From an uncultured delta proteobacterium (lineage in GTDB: Bacteria > Desulfobacterota > Desulfuromonadia > Desulfuromonadales > JACZKF01), in NCBI GenBank assembly GCA_963816395.1, contig CAWFKQ010000012.1:10972-74971 (forward strand): a stretch of DNA of 64,000 nt. The letters are read 5' to 3'. Shown here piece after piece: positions 61,384 to 64,000 of the stretch. Every line of letters starts with the position of its first letter. Position 1 is the first letter of the stretch. Below the pieces are notes generated by a model that saw only the letters and a program-made list of their open reading frames with translations, was not told the DNA's origin and made no database searches. The translations under genes and the position numbers were made by a program.

Positions 61384-64000
61384 AGCCCCGGAAATTAGCG
61401 TCATGAGGTGAAAGTCGATCGCAAATTCAGAGCTTCAATAAGGCCGGGGCGGTAAAGCCCCGGAAATTGACGACGGCCGCATAGATCAGCCCGATGGCCA
61501 TCAAGCTTCAATAAGGCCGGGGCGGTAAAGCCCCGGAAATTAGGCCGTCTCGAGGAAATGTCGATGACTGAGGGTGGCTTCAATAAGGCCGGGGCGGTAA
61601 AGCCCCGGAAATTTCGTCGGTCGCCATACACCGATCACGTTCCAGGATAGCTTCAATAAGGCCGGGGCGGTAAAGCCCCGGAAATTGAGCGTGCGCAGAC
61701 TCGCTATCCGACGTCGATGATCTCGCTTCAATAAGGCCGGGGCGGTAAAGCCCCGGAAATTGCGGTCCTCAAGACGACCTGACCCGCGGCGCCTGCGACG
61801 CTTCAATAAGGCCGGGGCGGTAAAGCCCCGGAAATTGCCCGGCTTACGCCTGGCGACCGGTATTCCCTGCAACGCTTCAATAAGGCCGGGGCGGTAAAGC
61901 CCCGGAAATTGGCCGCACCAGGTGCGCAGCTGCGCAGGGAATAAGGCTTCAATAAGGCCGGGGCGGTAAAGCCCCGGAAATTGCGACGCCAGATGCGCTC
62001 ATCGGTCGGAGGATGAAGCTTCAATAAGGCCGGGGCGGTAAAGCCCCGGAAATTTCGCCGGCGGAGTGCGACTCATGCAGCGACGCCGACCAGCTTCAAT
62101 AAGGCCGGGGCGGTAAAGCCCCGGAAATTTGGGCGCGCCGTAGCACCCTTGCCGCTACCACGCGCTTCAATAAGGCCGGGGCGGTAAAGCCCCGGAAATT
62201 ACGGTAGGTCGCGCGCCTACGTCGACCTTGAGAGTGCTTCAATAAGGCCGGGGCGGTAAAGCCCCGGAAATTGCACGGCCACGTGCATCGAGAACCGCCA
62301 CCGCAGCGGCTTCAATAAGGCCGGGGCGGTAAAGCCCCGGAAATTCACGCCTCCATGAATCCGCAAAAGACCGGCTTCTGCAGCTTCAATAAGGCCGGGG
62401 CGGTAAAGCCCCGGAAATTGCCCGGTCGCAGGAGAATTCCCCGGCCGCTGCGCTTCAATAAGGCCGGGGCGGTAAAGCCCCGGAAATTGGGGTGCGCCTG
62501 AGCAGCTGGAGCCGATGACGTTGCTTCAATAAGGCCGGGGCGGTAAAGCCCCGGAAATTGCTGGGCCAGCGGTGCGAGCATGCCGACGATCAAGCTTCAA
62601 TAAGGCCGGGGCGGTAAAGCCCCGGAAATTGGCGATTGCGCGATCCTGCGCGCGACTCTCCTTCGAGCTTCAATAAGGCCGGGGCGGTAAAGCCCCGGAA
62701 ATTCTGACGTCGCTGCACTTGTAACGCCGGCTGCAGCGGCTTCAATAAGGCCGGGGCGGTAAAGCCCCGGAAATTGCTGCCCGGCGACCTGTCGCGGTAT
62801 CCGCCGTCCGCGCTTCAATAAGGCCGGGGCGGTAAAGCCCCGGAAATTTTCGCTTCGAGGCGCATGAGAGGGCCGCTGACTGCTTCAATAAGGCCGGGGC
62901 GGTAAAGCCCCGGAAATTCACGACGGGCCCCGCGCGGACTGACCGCGCACGAGCGCTTCAATAAGGCCGGGGCGGTAAAGCCCCGGAAATTGCCGGACCG
63001 AGAGCGGCATCGGCCGACCACCAGCTTCAATAAGGCCGGGGCGGTAAAGCCCCGGAAATTGCTCGTACCATGCAGGAGGTCATTCGGCAGACGCACAGCT
63101 TCAATAAGGCCGGGGCGGTAAAGCCCCGGAAATTTAGGTCCGTCCCGATTCTCTCACCGATGCCAGCAGCGTGCTTCAATAAGGCCGGGGCGGTAAAGCC
63201 CCGGAAATTGCCGCCTGCGTCGCCGGTATTGCCAACAACTGACGCGCTTCAATAAGGCCGGGGCGGTAAAGCCCCGGAAATTGCCATGGCAGCATCAGGG
63301 GCACTGGACGACCACCGCTTCAATAAGGCCGGGGCGGTAAAGCCCCGGAAATTTTCGACCCTCCCGTGCCAACGTGGTCATGCTATCACAGTGCTTCAAT
63401 AAGGCCGGGGCGGTAAAGCCCCGGAAATTCATGGATTCCGCCTACACAGACGCATCCTGGGCAAGCTTCAATAAGGCCGGGGCGGTAAAGCCCCGGAAAT
63501 TGCGAAGTGCCGCAGCTGAGCGAAAGAGCCCGAGGGAGGCTTCAATAAGGCCGGGGCGGTAAAGCCCCGGAAATTTTAGCTCCGGCGGGCTGCAGAGCGG
63601 CCGAGTTGGCTTCAATAAGGCCGGGGCGGTAAAGCCCCGGAAATGACCGACCGCCTTGTGAGGCTCTCGACCGGTAGCTTCAATAAGGCCGGGGCGGTAA
63701 AGCCCCGGAAATTTGACGAGGCGGTCAGCATCCGCACGGGGCTCCGAAGCAGCTTCAATAAGGCCGGGGCGGTAAAGCCCCGGAAATTGCCCGCTCGAGC
63801 GGATGGACATCGACGAGGCTTCAATAAGGCCGGGGCGGTAAAGCCCCGGAAATTGTGCTGCCTGGTCGGGTGCGGCGTAGGCATGGCTTCAATAAGGCCG
63901 GGGCGGTAAAGCCCCGGAAATTACGGTCGCATCCAGCGCATACTGTGATGGCTTCAATAAGGCCGGGGCGGTAAAGCCCCGGAAATTGTGCGCTGTCCAT
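61371..64000 (-). CRISPR. CRISPR array with 37-bp repeat AATTTCCGGGGCTTTACCGCCCCGGCCTTATTGAAGC, type I-G (I-U)-like; continues beyond the window
   Basis: 36 intact repeats (61432 to 63987) plus a degenerate terminal repeat at 61371-61396; spacers 28-39 nt; CCGGGGC/GCCCCGG stem; ATTGAAGC 3' end sets minus orientation. Confidence 0.98.

Noticed and set aside
61401..63909. ORFs with repeated NFRGFTAPALLK / FPGLYRPGLIEA peptides
   Set aside because: These are translations of CRISPR repeats, not proteins.

Overview
GC-rich bacterial chromosomal window. Gene content (nrfHA, iorAB-paaK, PEP-CTERM, tgl-like pilotin region, c-di-GMP-I riboswitch) points to a Desulfuromonadia/Geobacter-like organism, which is an inference. 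Most of it is housekeeping and envelope genes: nfeD/SPFH, an NtrC-type regulator, glycerate kinase, GH15, fetAB, udg, coaBC, an ndk-rlmN-mtnP-pfkB-pilF-rodZ run, tamAB, an Ldt/Lpp-like module, rph-rdgB, copA, paaK-iorBA and nrfAH. It ends in a CRISPR array of 36 intact 37-bp type I-G-like repeats plus one degenerate repeat, and the array runs off the window edge with no cas genes visible. About 18 genes, including housekeeping ones, carry small frameshifts that look like assembly errors. The most notable non-obvious signals are: (1) a c-di-GMP-I riboswitch ahead of an uncharacterised exported protein; (2) a dispersed family of heptamer-periodic palindromic intergenic elements that begin at or supply stop codons; (3) a CRISPR trailer repeat that provides the last codons and stop of a Tat-exported hemerythrin-like gene; (4) two antisense genes embedded in conserved operons; (5) a MITE-like element; (6) a sigma54/enhancer architecture at the PEP-CTERM gene. 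No clearly new multi-gene system could be proven from sequence alone.
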